Shown here in pieces: positions 43,471 to 54,064 of a stretch of DNA of 64,000 nt (within the stretch, counting starts at the first letter, position 1; the number at the start of each line of letters is the position of its first letter). This DNA is from Polyangiales bacterium (lineage in GTDB: Bacteria > Myxococcota_A > Polyangia > Polyangiales > Polyangiaceae). The notes beneath the pieces are model-generated. The model saw nothing but the letters and a program-made list of their open reading frames with translations, was not told where the DNA came from and ran no database searches. The position numbers were made by a program, and so were the translations under genes. The stretch spans positions 64,001 to 128,000 of the forward strand of contig JBBRNJ010000010.1 of assembly GCA_038230375.1 (NCBI GenBank), written 5' to 3'.

Positions 43471-46400
43471 ATGCTCACGCCCGGCACAGTCGTCGCTGGT
43501 GATTTTCGGATCGAGCGTGCGCTCTCCGAAGGCGGCATGGGCGCCGTGTACGTGGCCGAGCAGATCTCCACGGGCTCCATGCGCGCGCTGAAGGTGATCA
43601 GGACGGAGCTCTTGCATCAGCAGAAGCTTCGCCAGCGCTTCGAGCAAGAGGCCAAGGTCACGTCGAAGATCGCGAGCGACCACGTTGTCAGCGTCGTCGC
43701 CGCTGGCATCGATCCCACGCTGCAATTGCCGTGGATAGCGATGGAGCTCCTCCAGGGCCAGACACTCGCGGACGTGGTGCGTGACCGCGGCCCCCTCCCA
43801 CCGTCCGGCGCTCTCGGGATCCTCTCCCAGCTCGCGCACGCCATGGATGCAGCGCATCGCGTGGGCGTGGTGCATCGCGACCTGAAGCCCGAGAACATCT
43901 TCCTGGCCGAATCGCGGAGGTCCGGCACGCCGTACTTCGTGAAGGTGCTGGATTTTGGCATCGCGCGCGTCATCCGCGAGGCGCAGGTCTCTCACACGGA
44001 CTCGCTCGGCACGCCGCTGTGGATGGCGCCGGAGCAGGCTGGCAACGGTGAGGCCGTGGGGCCCAAGACGGACATCTGGGCGCTCGGGCTCATCGTCTTC
44101 TTCCTGCTCACGGGGAAGCCGTACTGGCTCTCCGCGCGTGAGGACGGCACCGCGCTCTCCATCGTGAAGGAGGTGTGCCTGAACCCGCTCGAGAAGGCGT
44201 CCGTCCGCGCCACGGCCCTTGGCACGGGCGTGGTCCTCACGTCCGGGTTCGACGAATGGTTCGCCGGGTGTGTGGCGCGTGAGCCGGCCGACCGGTTCGC
44301 CACCGCGGGCGCCGCGCTCGTGGGTCTTCGCAAGGCGCTCGGTCTCCCCGATGATGAGCTCGGCTCCGGAAAGACCGACCTGCTGCTCTCGCCCTCGCCC
44401 GCGCAGACGCCGCGCGCGTCCGACGGCAAGTCCGTGTCGACAACCGACGGCGCGCTTCCCGATGCGAAGACGGAGCTCGCGCTCGCGTCGCCGTCTGCCA
44501 CACCCGCAGTGCCCATCTCCGTAGCTGCATCCGTGCAAGAGAGCGCGGAGGCGAAGGCCGCCACGGGCATCACCAACGCGAGCGACACGCCGTCGGGCGT
44601 GGTGACGAAGCGCTCACCAGGCGCGACCGGACCGCCGGGGACCGCTGCGAGGCCAGGGTATGCGCGGTTCACGGTCCCGGGACTGGTGGTCGTCGTGATC
44701 GCCGCAGCGTTCTTCGGCATACGGGCGAACCGTCGCGCGAACGACGAGCGCGCCTGCCAGGATACCCGCGCCACGGAGCCGTGCATGCGCAGCTGCACGC
44801 GGGGAAATCAGCAGTCGTGCGCGACCGTCGGCGCGCGTCTCGCGTTCCCGCTCAGCGGCGGAAGACAGGACACCGCGGAGGCGCTCCGCCTGCTCGGGCG
44901 CTCATGCGAGAGCGGACGCGGATGCGGCACGCTGGGCGTGATGAGCGAGCTCGGCATTCCGGGCGCGCCCACGGACACGGAGAAGACGTTCGATCGCGCG
45001 TGCGACGGCGAGCCGTTCGAGTGCGCGCTGGGTGTTGCGCACGCGCTCCGCGGCCCGACCGATCGCGAGCTGCCAGAGCTGTGGAAGGGGCGAGCGGCTG
45101 GCATCGACCCCGCCGCTGCGTGCGCGCACGGGCCCGACGCGTGTGGGCTCGCGTGGCTTCCAAAGCTCGGACCGGCGACGCCCGCGATTCGCGCATCGTA
45201 CGAGACCGGCTGCGCGGCTGGCTCCTCGCTCGCGTGCAACAACCTGGCAACGCTGTATGCAGAGGGCCAGGCGGGCGTGGAGCAGAACCCCGAGATGGCG
45301 CGCGACCGCTTCCAGAAGGCGTGCGACGCCGGCGACGCTGTCGCGTGCAACAACGCTGGCTTCGTCGCGGGTGGATTCGTGGCGTCGCCGCGCGTGGGTC
45401 CACGCGGTGAGATCACCTACAAGCTCCGTTGCGCGGGCCCGTTCAAGGTGGGCTGCGCGGGGTGGGGCGCGTCCGTGCATACGGTGCCGCCGGGCACGCC
45501 CGCGGATCTCGGTTCCGCGGCCGCCGCATTCGAGCGCGCATGCAAGCTCGGCGCGCCGATCGCGTGCGTGAACCTGGGCGCGCTCGTGTACGTCGGCAAG
45601 GGGGTCGCGGCCGACCGAGCCCGTGCCGAGCAGCTCTTCGCCACCACGTGCTTCAAGGGCGATCCGGGGGCCTGTGGTGAGCAGGCCAGCGCGCTCCTCA
45701 ACGTTCGCATGGACCATCCGCGCGATGGGCGCGGCGGCTTCGGCTTCATGCAGCGTGCGTGCAAGGGCGGCGAGGAAGACGCCTGCGCCATTGTCTATAC
45801 GATGATGATCGGCGGCGTCACGGACCATGGTCACGAGGCCGAGGGGCTTCTTGGCATGAAGCGGCTGGCCGAAAAGCACATCTACTCGCACGAACTGGCG
45901 CAGCTCTACGAGACCGGCGCCGATGGACTTCCGCGCGATCCCGAGCAAGCACGCAAGGTCGCCGTCGCGCTCTGCGAGTCGGAGTGGCACTGCACGGACG
46001 CGTCCTACTACTTCGCCCGCGGCATCGGCGGACCAAAGGACGAAGGCCACGCGCTCGCATCGCTCGCCACCGGATGCGACCACGACGACCTCCAGTCATG
46101 TACGGAGCTGGGCGCGGCGTACCGCGATGGTCGCTTCGTCGGCAAGGATCCCACGCGTGCCGTGTCGATGTTCCAGAAGGCGTGCAGCGCGGGCGAGTGG
46201 GACGGATGCGAGAGCCTGTCGGCAGCGTACGCGACGGGCGACGGCAGCTCGAAGGATCTGCCCCGCGCGTTGTCACTTGCGCGTGACGCATGCGATCACG
46301 GTCACCCGGGGAGCTGCGCGCGCGTGGGAACCATGCTTGCCGACGGGCAGGGCGCCGCGCGTGACGTGGACACGGCGGTTCCATTCCTCGCGTTCGCATG

Positions 46401-46473
46401 CAGACGTGGCGTCATGCCCGCGTGTGCAAAGCTGACGGATCTCAAGAAGCCCGTTCCGGATCTGGACCTCTGA
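43471..46473 (+). CDS. membrane Ser/Thr kinase with extracytoplasmic Cys-rich Sel1-like repeats
   Basis: EGGMGAVY, HRDLKPEN, DFG, WMAPE; one TM helix; repeated 'AC..LG..Y..G.GV..D...A...F.KAC..G' units. Confidence 0.92.
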   Translation: MLTPGTVVAGDFRIERALSEGGMGAVYVAEQISTGSMRALKVIRTELLHQQKLRQRFEQEAKVTSKIASDHVVSVVAAGIDPTLQLPWIAMELLQGQTLADVVRDRGPLPPSGALGILSQLAHAMDAAHRVGVVHRDLKPENIFLAESRRSGTPYFVKVLDFGIARVIREAQVSHTDSLGTPLWMAPEQAGNGEAVGPKTDIWALGLIVFFLLTGKPYWLSAREDGTALSIVKEVCLNPLEKASVRATALGTGVVLTSGFDEWFAGCVAREPADRFATAGAALVGLRKALGLPDDELGSGKTDLLLSPSPAQTPRASDGKSVSTTDGALPDAKTELALASPSATPAVPISVAASVQESAEAKAATGITNASDTPSGVVTKRSPGATGPPGTAARPGYARFTVPGLVVVVIAAAFFGIRANRRANDERACQDTRATEPCMRSCTRGNQQSCATVGARLAFPLSGGRQDTAEALRLLGRSCESGRGCGTLGVMSELGIPGAPTDTEKTFDRACDGEPFECALGVAHALRGPTDRELPELWKGRAAGIDPAAACAHGPDACGLAWLPKLGPATPAIRASYETGCAAGSSLACNNLATLYAEGQAGVEQNPEMARDRFQKACDAGDAVACNNAGFVAGGFVASPRVGPRGEITYKLRCAGPFKVGCAGWGASVHTVPPGTPADLGSAAAAFERACKLGAPIACVNLGALVYVGKGVAADRARAEQLFATTCFKGDPGACGEQASALLNVRMDHPRDGRGGFGFMQRACKGGEEDACAIVYTMMIGGVTDHGHEAEGLLGMKRLAEKHIYSHELAQLYETGADGLPRDPEQARKVAVALCESEWHCTDASYYFARGIGGPKDEGHALASLATGCDHDDLQSCTELGAAYRDGRFVGKDPTRAVSMFQKACSAGEWDGCESLSAAYATGDGSSKDLPRALSLARDACDHGHPGSCARVGTMLADGQGAARDVDTAVPFLAFACRRGVMPACAKLTDLKKPVPDLDL

Positions 46474-46474
46474 C

Positions 46475-47476
46475 GTGCACCGTGCGCTGCTTTCTCCCGC
46501 TCGCTGTGCGCTCACCGCTTGTCTGGCCCTCGCCGCCGGATGCCGATCGCGGCTCGAGGACCCGGGTGCAGCGCCGAGCGCCACGTCGAGCACGACGGCG
46601 CCGATGCCAGTGGGCGTGTCCGCACGCAGCGACGCAGGAGTACGGCTCTCCAGGCGCGGTGGCACCGACGTCACGTTCTACGTCGCCTCTGACCTTCACT
46701 TTGGCCTGGGGTATCCGGACGATCTCACGAAGCTTCCGCCGAATCCCACCACGTCGCCGGTCGGGCTCGAGAAGGACAACGTCGCGCTGCTTCGACGCGT
46801 CAACACGATGGAGGGGCGCGCCTACCCGACGGAGCTCGGCGGCAAGGTCGCGAGCCCGCGCGGGCTGCTCATCACCGGCGACCTCACGGAGTGGGGACGC
46901 AAGGAAGAGTGGGAGCGCTTCCTCGCGTTCTATGGGCCCGGCGCACGCGATGGGGGAGCTCGACCGCCCGTGTTCGAGATCGTTGGCAACCACGACAAGG
47001 TCAACGGGCCGTGGGTCGAGGCGCAGGTCGCTGCGCGTCACGGCGGCCGCTTCTACGCCTGGGACTGGGACGACGTGCATTTCGTCGCGCTCGGCGAGGC
47101 CCCGGACGATGAAGGCATCGCGTTCCTCGAGCGTGATCTCTCCCGCGTGGATCTCGACGTTCCGCTCGTGGTCTACCTTCATCGCTGCCTCCTTGGCCCG
47201 TGGTCGGACGACAACTGGTTCGGCGACGGCAACTTCAGGGACCGTCTGGCGCACGCGCTCGAGGGCCACGCCGTGAGGGCCATATTCCATGGACATCATC
47301 ATGCGTCCGGCCATTACCTGTGGCATGGCTATGACGTGTTCAAGCCCGGCGCCGTCAAGGACAACGCGCACACGTTCGTGGTCGCGCACCTGACGGAGGC
47401 GGAGTCGACGTTCGCGTATTTCGACTACAACACCGACGCGTGGGGACGCGTGTACCGATTGGCGCGAAGACCGTGA
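46475..47476 (+). CDS. calcineurin-like metallophosphoesterase lipoprotein
   Basis: Lipobox AAG-C; DLH, GDL, GNHD, H and GHHH motifs. Confidence 0.88.
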   Translation: MHRALLSPARCALTACLALAAGCRSRLEDPGAAPSATSSTTAPMPVGVSARSDAGVRLSRRGGTDVTFYVASDLHFGLGYPDDLTKLPPNPTTSPVGLEKDNVALLRRVNTMEGRAYPTELGGKVASPRGLLITGDLTEWGRKEEWERFLAFYGPGARDGGARPPVFEIVGNHDKVNGPWVEAQVAARHGGRFYAWDWDDVHFVALGEAPDDEGIAFLERDLSRVDLDVPLVVYLHRCLLGPWSDDNWFGDGNFRDRLAHALEGHAVRAIFHGHHHASGHYLWHGYDVFKPGAVKDNAHTFVVAHLTEAESTFAYFDYNTDAWGRVYRLARRP

Positions 47477-50400
47477 CTTCGTCCGAAGAGCTGCAGGTGG
47501 AGGCTCGAACGCGCGTTGGCACCGTCGTCGACGGACGCTATGAGCTGCTCGCTCTCGCGGCAGCGGGTGGCATGGGATACGTGTATCGTGCACGCGATGT
47601 GACCGGGGGTGGCATGGTCGCCCTCAAGGTCCTTGGCGCGGAGTTCGCCGATGCGCCGCGCTTTGCTCGCGAAGCGGAGATGCTCTCGCGCGTGGAGCAC
47701 CCGGGCATCGTGCGGTACATCGCACACGGCGCGTTGCCGGGCGGAGAGAAGTACCTGGTGATGGAGTGGCTGTCTGGGTGCGATCTCTCGCAGCGGTTGA
47801 CCAGCGGCTCTCTCTCCGCGGCGGACACGCTGACCATCGCGCTTGGCGCGGCACATGCGCTCTCCGCGGCGCATGCCCGCGGCGTCGTGCATCGCGACCT
47901 CAAGCCGAGCAATCTCTTCCTGGTCGATGATGAGCTCACTCAGGTGAAGCTGCTCGACTTCGGTATCGCGCGCGTTCTCACGCGTGGTGACGCAACCATC
48001 ACCGCGGAGCTGGTCGGGACGCCGGCGTACATGTCGCCGGAGCAGGTACGTGGTGGAGCGATCGACCGCCGCGTGGACGTGTACGGCCTGGGGGCGCTCA
48101 TGTTCCGTTGCCTCTCGGGCCAACCGCCCTTTGGGGGCTCGCACGAGCTCGCGGTGCTCGCGAAGATCCTGCTCGAGCCCGCGCCCAGCGTCCGCGAGCT
48201 CGCGCCAGACGTGTCTCCCGCGATGGACGTGGTCATTGCACGAATGCTCGCGAAGGACCCCGCTGACCGCCCGGCCGATGGCGCGCAGGTGGTGAAGGAG
48301 CTCGAGGCGCTCAGGGAGCAGACCCAGCGGTTCAGTAATCGAATTGCCACCGCCATCACGGCGCGGGAGCAGCGGGTCGCGTCCGTCGTACTGTGCGCGA
48401 GCGCCGCGGCGGTTGCAGCCACCATGCCCGAGGCCACAGCGGACCGCGACGAGACGCTTCTGCGCCAGGCCATCGCCGAGCGCGGCGGAGCCCTGGATGC
48501 GCTGCCGAGAGGCGCGTGGCTGGTCACGATCCCCAGCGCGACCTCACCCGCAGAGCAGACCATGCACGCCGCGCGCTGCGCGCTCGTGATGCACAAGCTG
48601 AGGCCGTCGGTGCCGCTCGTGGTCGCCACGGGCAAGATTGTACTCTCCGGTGAGCGTCATGTCGGCGAGGTCATCGACCGGGCGGCGGAGGCTCTGTTTG
48701 CGCAGCGCGATGTGCGGGGCGGCTCCGTCCGCGTAGACGCGGCGACCGCGGAGCTGCTCGAGGGGCGCTTCGCCGTCGAAGGTGAGGGCGAATGGCGCTT
48801 GCTCGTGGGTGAGGCGGAGTCCGTCACGCCCGTGCGAACGTTGCTCGGCAAGCCAGCGGGTTGTGTGGGCCGTGACCATCAGCTCGCCATGCTGGGCGCA
48901 ACGCTTTCGGCATGCCGCTCGGAGCCGCGAGCGTGTGCGGCGCTGCTCACGGCTCCGGCGGGTGTCGGAAAGACCCGGCTGGTCCACGAGGTGCTTCGCA
49001 CGCTCGTTCCGGTCTCGCCGGACGTGGTGGTGCTGTTCGCAAACGGTGATGCCACGCGTGCCGCGTCGCCGTTTGCCGTGGCCTCGCAGCTCGTGTTGCG
49101 TGCTGCTGGCGCGCGCGACGCGGAGGCAGAGGGGACGGTGCGCGGAAAGCTGAGCACGCTGATCGCCCGTGATTTCTCGGGCGCGGAGGCCGTGCGCGTC
49201 ACGGACCTGCTCTGCGAGATCTGCGGTGTGCCCACACCGCAAGAGGACGCCAGCCCAGCGCTGCGCGCAGCCCGCTCGGATCTTGCGGTCATGGCGGATG
49301 CCCTGAGCGATGCGTTCGTCGAGTGGCTGCGCGCCCAGACCGCGCGCGCGACCGTGCTCGTGGTGATCGAGGACTTGCACTGGACGGACGCCGCATCGAT
49401 CCGCCTGCTGGAGCTCGCGTTCGGCGCGCTGGAGGCACGTCCGCTGTTCGTGCTCGCCACGTCGCGTCCGGAGGGCGGCGCTGTCCTGTCCGAGCGCTTC
49501 CGGCAACGGGGCCTCGTGGAGATCGTTCTCGGTCCGCTCACGCCGCAGGCCTCGGAGCGGCTCGTGCGGTCGGCGCTCGGCGCCACGATCTCGGACGACC
49601 TCGTGCACGCGCTCGTGCGTCGTGCGGCAGGGCACCCGTTCCACCTGGAGGAGCTGGTACGCGCGGCCTCCAGCGGGCGCGGTGCCGACGCGCTTCCCGA
49701 CTCCGTGCTCGGCATGGTGCAGGCACGCCTGGACGAGCTCGATCCGCAGCAACGTCGGCTCCTCCGCGCGGCCAGCGTATTTGGCGAGCGATTCTGGGCG
49801 GGCGCCGTGGCCGCACTGCTTGGCGATGACGTCTCCACGAGCGACGTGCGCGGTTGGCTCCACGACCTCACGCAGCAAGAAGTCGTGACAGAGGAGCGCA
49901 CCTCCAAGTGGCACGGGGAGTCGGAGTATCGATTCCGACATGCGCTGCTGCGTGACGCCGCGTACGCCACGCTGGCCAAGGAGGACCGCGTGCTTGGGCA
50001 CCGCCGCGCCGGTACCTGGCTGCAGCAGATGGGCGAGAACGACTCCGCAGTCCTGGCCGAGCATTACTTTCGTGGTGAGGCGTTTCCCGAGGCCCTCACA
50101 CAGTCCATCCGTGCAGCAGCCACGGCGCTGCAGCGAAACGACTTCAACGAGACGCAGAGGCACGTCACGCGCGCACGCACGCTGGGCGCGAATACGGCCG
50201 AAGACGCTGCGCTCCATGCGATCGAGGCGGAGGCGCTCTACTGGCGTGGTGAGCTTCCATCCGCCTGCGCCCACGCGTTCGAGGCAGCCCGCGCCGCGGG
50301 GCCCGGCACGCCAGCTTGGCTGGACGCGGCCTCCATCGCGATCAGTGCGCTCGGGCAGAGCGGCAAGAACGACGACGTCGCCGCGTGGCTGGACCAGGTC

Positions 50401-51372
50401 GCCCGTGTGCCGGTGCTGCCCGAGAGCAAGAATGCGCACGCCGTCGCCCTGGGCCGGGGCATCACGCAGCTGGTCTGGGCCCACCACGAGGGCGGCTATC
50501 GAGCAGCGCACGCATCGCTCGACGCGCTTGCCACCGCGGGAGATCTGGAACCGTTCGCGGCGGGGTGGGTGCATCGCACGCGTGGCGAGTCCGCGTGGGT
50601 CGGTGCGGGAGACGTGGGCGAAGCAAGACGCGAGCTGGACGCGAGCTGCGACGCATTCGAGCGCGCTCATGCCGTGCGCGCGCTCTGTCTCACCCGGATC
50701 AACGCCGCGAGTCTGGCGGGATGGTCGGGTGATCCCGCGCGCGGAATGGAGCTACTCCAGAGATCGCGTGCAGAGGCCGAACGCCTGGGCGCGGGGTTCC
50801 TCGTTCGCTATGCGTGCGCCGTCGAAGGCCTCGTGCTGGCGTTTTCGCGAGACCCGGGCGCCGAGCAGATCATGCGCGCGGCGGGGGCTGGTGTGGCGCA
50901 GAGCCCGCGGCTGCTCACCGTGTGCCATCTGGTGACGGGCTCGCTGGCCTTGTTGCGGGGCGATCTGACGACCGCAAGCGAGACCGCGGCGGCCGCGACC
51001 GCGCTCGACGTGGTGGCGGATCTTCGCTGCGCCGCGGTTGCCCTCGAAGCGCGCGTTGCGCTCGCGAAGGGTGACATCGCCAACGCCGCGGCACTGGCGG
51101 TGGACGCGGCGCGTATCGAAGGTGGTCGCCCCGACGTGGAGCTGATGACCGGCCTCGCCGGCCTCGCGCTCGCAGAGGTCCGCTTGCACGAGGGCGATCG
51201 AGACGCCGCCAGGAACGCGCTGTCGCCGGTGATGGCCAAGCTGACGCGCGTGGCGAGCACGCTCGACTCCCAGGCCGCAAGGCTCAGCTTCTGGCAACGA
51301 CCCCTCCCGAACGCCGAGATTCATGCCCTGGCAAACGACCTGGGTCTTGGCGTACAAGTGGCGGCCCCATGA
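47473..51372 (+). CDS. Ser/Thr kinase - degenerate cyclase-like - STAND AAA ATPase - TPR protein
   Basis: HRDLKPSN, DFG, YMSPE; VGR, Walker A APAGVGKT, Walker B IEDLHW.D, G.PF.LEEL, Y.FRH.LLRDAAY; GTGA overlap. Confidence 0.92.
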   Translation: MTSSEELQVEARTRVGTVVDGRYELLALAAAGGMGYVYRARDVTGGGMVALKVLGAEFADAPRFAREAEMLSRVEHPGIVRYIAHGALPGGEKYLVMEWLSGCDLSQRLTSGSLSAADTLTIALGAAHALSAAHARGVVHRDLKPSNLFLVDDELTQVKLLDFGIARVLTRGDATITAELVGTPAYMSPEQVRGGAIDRRVDVYGLGALMFRCLSGQPPFGGSHELAVLAKILLEPAPSVRELAPDVSPAMDVVIARMLAKDPADRPADGAQVVKELEALREQTQRFSNRIATAITAREQRVASVVLCASAAAVAATMPEATADRDETLLRQAIAERGGALDALPRGAWLVTIPSATSPAEQTMHAARCALVMHKLRPSVPLVVATGKIVLSGERHVGEVIDRAAEALFAQRDVRGGSVRVDAATAELLEGRFAVEGEGEWRLLVGEAESVTPVRTLLGKPAGCVGRDHQLAMLGATLSACRSEPRACAALLTAPAGVGKTRLVHEVLRTLVPVSPDVVVLFANGDATRAASPFAVASQLVLRAAGARDAEAEGTVRGKLSTLIARDFSGAEAVRVTDLLCEICGVPTPQEDASPALRAARSDLAVMADALSDAFVEWLRAQTARATVLVVIEDLHWTDAASIRLLELAFGALEARPLFVLATSRPEGGAVLSERFRQRGLVEIVLGPLTPQASERLVRSALGATISDDLVHALVRRAAGHPFHLEELVRAASSGRGADALPDSVLGMVQARLDELDPQQRRLLRAASVFGERFWAGAVAALLGDDVSTSDVRGWLHDLTQQEVVTEERTSKWHGESEYRFRHALLRDAAYATLAKEDRVLGHRRAGTWLQQMGENDSAVLAEHYFRGEAFPEALTQSIRAAATALQRNDFNETQRHVTRARTLGANTAEDAALHAIEAEALYWRGELPSACAHAFEAARAAGPGTPAWLDAASIAISALGQSGKNDDVAAWLDQVARVPVLPESKNAHAVALGRGITQLVWAHHEGGYRAAHASLDALATAGDLEPFAAGWVHRTRGESAWVGAGDVGEARRELDASCDAFERAHAVRALCLTRINAASLAGWSGDPARGMELLQRSRAEAERLGAGFLVRYACAVEGLVLAFSRDPGAEQIMRAAGAGVAQSPRLLTVCHLVTGSLALLRGDLTTASETAAAATALDVVADLRCAAVALEARVALAKGDIANAAALAVDAARIEGGRPDVELMTGLAGLALAEVRLHEGDRDAARNALSPVMAKLTRVASTLDSQAARLSFWQRPLPNAEIHALANDLGLGVQVAAP

Positions 51373-52847
51373 CGTTTGCGTTCGACAACACCTACGCCCG
51401 TCTGCCGGCGCAGTTCCACGCCGCGACCACACCCACGCACGTTCGAACGCCCCGCGTGGTGAAGATCAATCGCGCGCTCGCCGAGGTGCTCGGGCTCGAT
51501 GCCGACGTGCTCGCGTCCGCGGAGGGCGCGGCGTTGCTCTCCGGCAACGCGGTGCCAGAGGGCGCGGAGCCCATCGCGCTTGCGTATGCAGGTCACCAGT
51601 TCGGCAACTTTGTTCCGCAGCTGGGCGACGGGCGCGCGATCCTGCTGGGTGAGATCGTGGGCAAGGACGGCAAGCGGCGCGATCTGCAGCTGAAGGGCGC
51701 CGGGCGAACGCGCTTCTCACGCGGTGGAGACGGCCGCGCCGCGCTGGGGCCCGTGCTGCGCGAGTATCTCGTGAGCGAGGCCATGTTCGCGCTCGGTGTC
51801 CCCACCACACGTGCGCTCGCCGCTGTGACCACGGGCGAGCATGTCGCGCGCGAGGAGATGCTGCCTGGCGCGGTGCTCACGCGCGTCGCCGCAAGTCACA
51901 TCCGCGTGGGAACGTTCGAGTTCTTCGCGGCCCGCGACGACAACGAGGCGCTCTCCACGCTGGCCACCTATGCCCTCACGCGCCACTATCCAGACGCGAC
52001 CGGAAGCGGAAATGACCCACGCGCGCTGCTCGAGTGCGTGATCGATGCGCAGGCGAACCTGGTGGCGCGCTGGCTTGGCGTGGGCTTCGTGCACGGCGTG
52101 ATGAACACGGACAACACGAGCATCTCCGGCGAGACAATCGACTACGGTCCGTGCGCGTTCCTGGACGTCTACGATCCGAAGAAGCGATTCAGCTCGATCG
52201 ACCACGGCGGCCGCTACGCATTCGCGAACCAACCACGCATCGCGCACTGGAACGTCACCAGGCTGGCAGAGGCCCTCCTCACACGTCTCTCCACGGACGA
52301 GGAAGAGGCAGTCCGCGTCGCCACTGGATGCCTGGAGAAGTTCCCCGCGATCTTCGATGCAGCCTACGCGCGCGTGCTCCGCGCAAAGCTCGGCCTCGTG
52401 AACGCCGAGGACGCTGGCGATGCGGCGCTGACCGCGGACCTGTTCGGTCGAATGGCCGGAAACGATGTAGATTACACATTGTTCTTCCGGCGCCTGTGCG
52501 ACGCCGCAGCATCCCCCGAGAAGGACGCGGAGGCCGCATCCTTGTTCACCGAGCCGGCCGCATTTCGGGACTGGTCGGAGTCGTGGCGCGCGCGGCTCTG
52601 CCGCGAGCCGGACGTGTCCTCGGAGTCGCGTGCCGCCGCGATGCGCCTGGCGAACCCAGCCTTCATCCCGCGCAATCACCGGGTGGAGGAGCTCATCGTG
52701 GCCGCTGCAGAGCGACAGGACTACGCGCCGTTCGAGGCCCTGCTCTCGGTGGTCACGCGTCCCTACGACGAGCACCCGGACCTTGCGCATCTTGCGACAC
52801 CGCCGAAGCCCGAAGAGCGCGTGAAGGCCACGTTCTGCGGAACCTGA
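51369..52847 (+). CDS. selO: protein adenylyltransferase SelO/YdiU
   Basis: YAGHQFG..V.QLGDGRA, QLKG.G.T.FSRGGDGRA, GFVHGVMNTDN, IDYGP, terminal TFCGT; ATGA overlap. Confidence 0.96.
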   Translation: MTFAFDNTYARLPAQFHAATTPTHVRTPRVVKINRALAEVLGLDADVLASAEGAALLSGNAVPEGAEPIALAYAGHQFGNFVPQLGDGRAILLGEIVGKDGKRRDLQLKGAGRTRFSRGGDGRAALGPVLREYLVSEAMFALGVPTTRALAAVTTGEHVAREEMLPGAVLTRVAASHIRVGTFEFFAARDDNEALSTLATYALTRHYPDATGSGNDPRALLECVIDAQANLVARWLGVGFVHGVMNTDNTSISGETIDYGPCAFLDVYDPKKRFSSIDHGGRYAFANQPRIAHWNVTRLAEALLTRLSTDEEEAVRVATGCLEKFPAIFDAAYARVLRAKLGLVNAEDAGDAALTADLFGRMAGNDVDYTLFFRRLCDAAASPEKDAEAASLFTEPAAFRDWSESWRARLCREPDVSSESRAAAMRLANPAFIPRNHRVEELIVAAAERQDYAPFEALLSVVTRPYDEHPDLAHLATPPKPEERVKATFCGT

Positions 52848-52902
52848 GTGGTGATGTCACCCGTTCGGGGCGTTGCATGACGTCTGCCCCGTGGGATGCT
52901 TG

Positions 52903-54054
52903 ATGATGCGGGAAAGGTCGCGTCGCCCGCGCTGGGCTGTTGCTCTCGCATTCGCCACGCTGATGGGGTGCGGCGCGCGCACGGAGCTCTTGGGCGTATC
53001 GGATGCCGTACAGGATGATTCGGGCGCGCCCGCCGACGCCGCGCAGCTCGACGGCACGGTGCCATTCGACGCAAGCAATCCACAAGATGCGGGCTCCGAC
53101 GACGCAACGCCCGACGCGTCGATGGTGGATGGTGGCGCGGACTCCGCGCCAATCGAGTGCGTCGTGCAGAGCACAACTTCCCTTGCGGAGGTTGGCGTCG
53201 CGGAGCTGGACCAGATCTCGCTCGACGACTCGTATGTCTACTTTCACGGCGACAAGGGGATCTCGCGCGTCGCCAAGTCGGGTGGCGCGGTGACATCACT
53301 CGCGACTGGAAAGGCTCCATCGTGGCCGGATCTGTACGCATTCGCGCTGGACGACACAGGTGTCACCTGGTGGCAGATCAAGAACGGTGCGATGCAGACG
53401 GATGTGAAGCGCGTGCCCAAGCAAGGAGGCGCCCCCACCATCGTGGCCACGCTCTCCGACTATGTCGGCTACGGCGTGGCAGGACCGGGAGGGAGCACCT
53501 TCGCGTGGAACGGGGTCGTGCTCGATTCGGTGACCGCGAACGGTGTCATCAAGCAGGTCGGCGGTACGCCGTTCAATACGTCGGCCGTGGCCTATTCCGG
53601 CGGCGAGCTCTACGTCCTTGCACAGTCCGGCGTGTACAGATGGGACGGGATGGTCTTCCAGTCGCTCGCCGCGACGGTCAATATCTATCCGGTCCTGATG
53701 GCGTTCGACGACGACACCGTCTTCGTGGTCTCGAACGACTTGAACAGCGGATTCCTCGTCAGCTCGGTTCCGAAGCTCGGCGGTGTGCTCACCACGCTCC
53801 TGGCAGTGCCCACGTCGTATGTCGGCGGCATCACGGTGGACGCGGACCATGTCTGGGTTGCCAATCGCGTGCCTGGTGGAGGTGCGCCGTCCGCACTGCT
53901 CCGCATGAACAAGGACGGGACGAATGTCACCTCGGTGGCGACCAGCGCAACGTCGCAGATCGTCGCCGTGGCCGTGGACGACAACTGCGTCTACTGGACG
54001 GAGACCACGAACAGCGGCAAGGTGCCGAGCCGCGTCGTCGTCAGTCCCAAGTAG
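52903..54054 (+). CDS. beta-propeller lipoprotein (YWTD/DUF5050-like)
   Basis: Signal ending LMG-CGART; DA-rich linker; repeats 'A.D...VYW', 'RVPK.GG'; start uncertain. Confidence 0.8.
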   Translation: MMRERSRRPRWAVALAFATLMGCGARTELLGVSDAVQDDSGAPADAAQLDGTVPFDASNPQDAGSDDATPDASMVDGGADSAPIECVVQSTTSLAEVGVAELDQISLDDSYVYFHGDKGISRVAKSGGAVTSLATGKAPSWPDLYAFALDDTGVTWWQIKNGAMQTDVKRVPKQGGAPTIVATLSDYVGYGVAGPGGSTFAWNGVVLDSVTANGVIKQVGGTPFNTSAVAYSGGELYVLAQSGVYRWDGMVFQSLAATVNIYPVLMAFDDDTVFVVSNDLNSGFLVSSVPKLGGVLTTLLAVPTSYVGGITVDADHVWVANRVPGGGAPSALLRMNKDGTNVTSVATSATSQIVAVAVDDNCVYWTETTNSGKVPSRVVVSPK

Positions 54055-54064
54055 GCAGCCGTGG

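Noticed and set aside
52830..52850. Selenocysteine read-through at the SelO C-terminus
   Set aside because: The protein ends TFCGT with a Cys codon before a normal TGA; no SECIS-like hairpin is evident.
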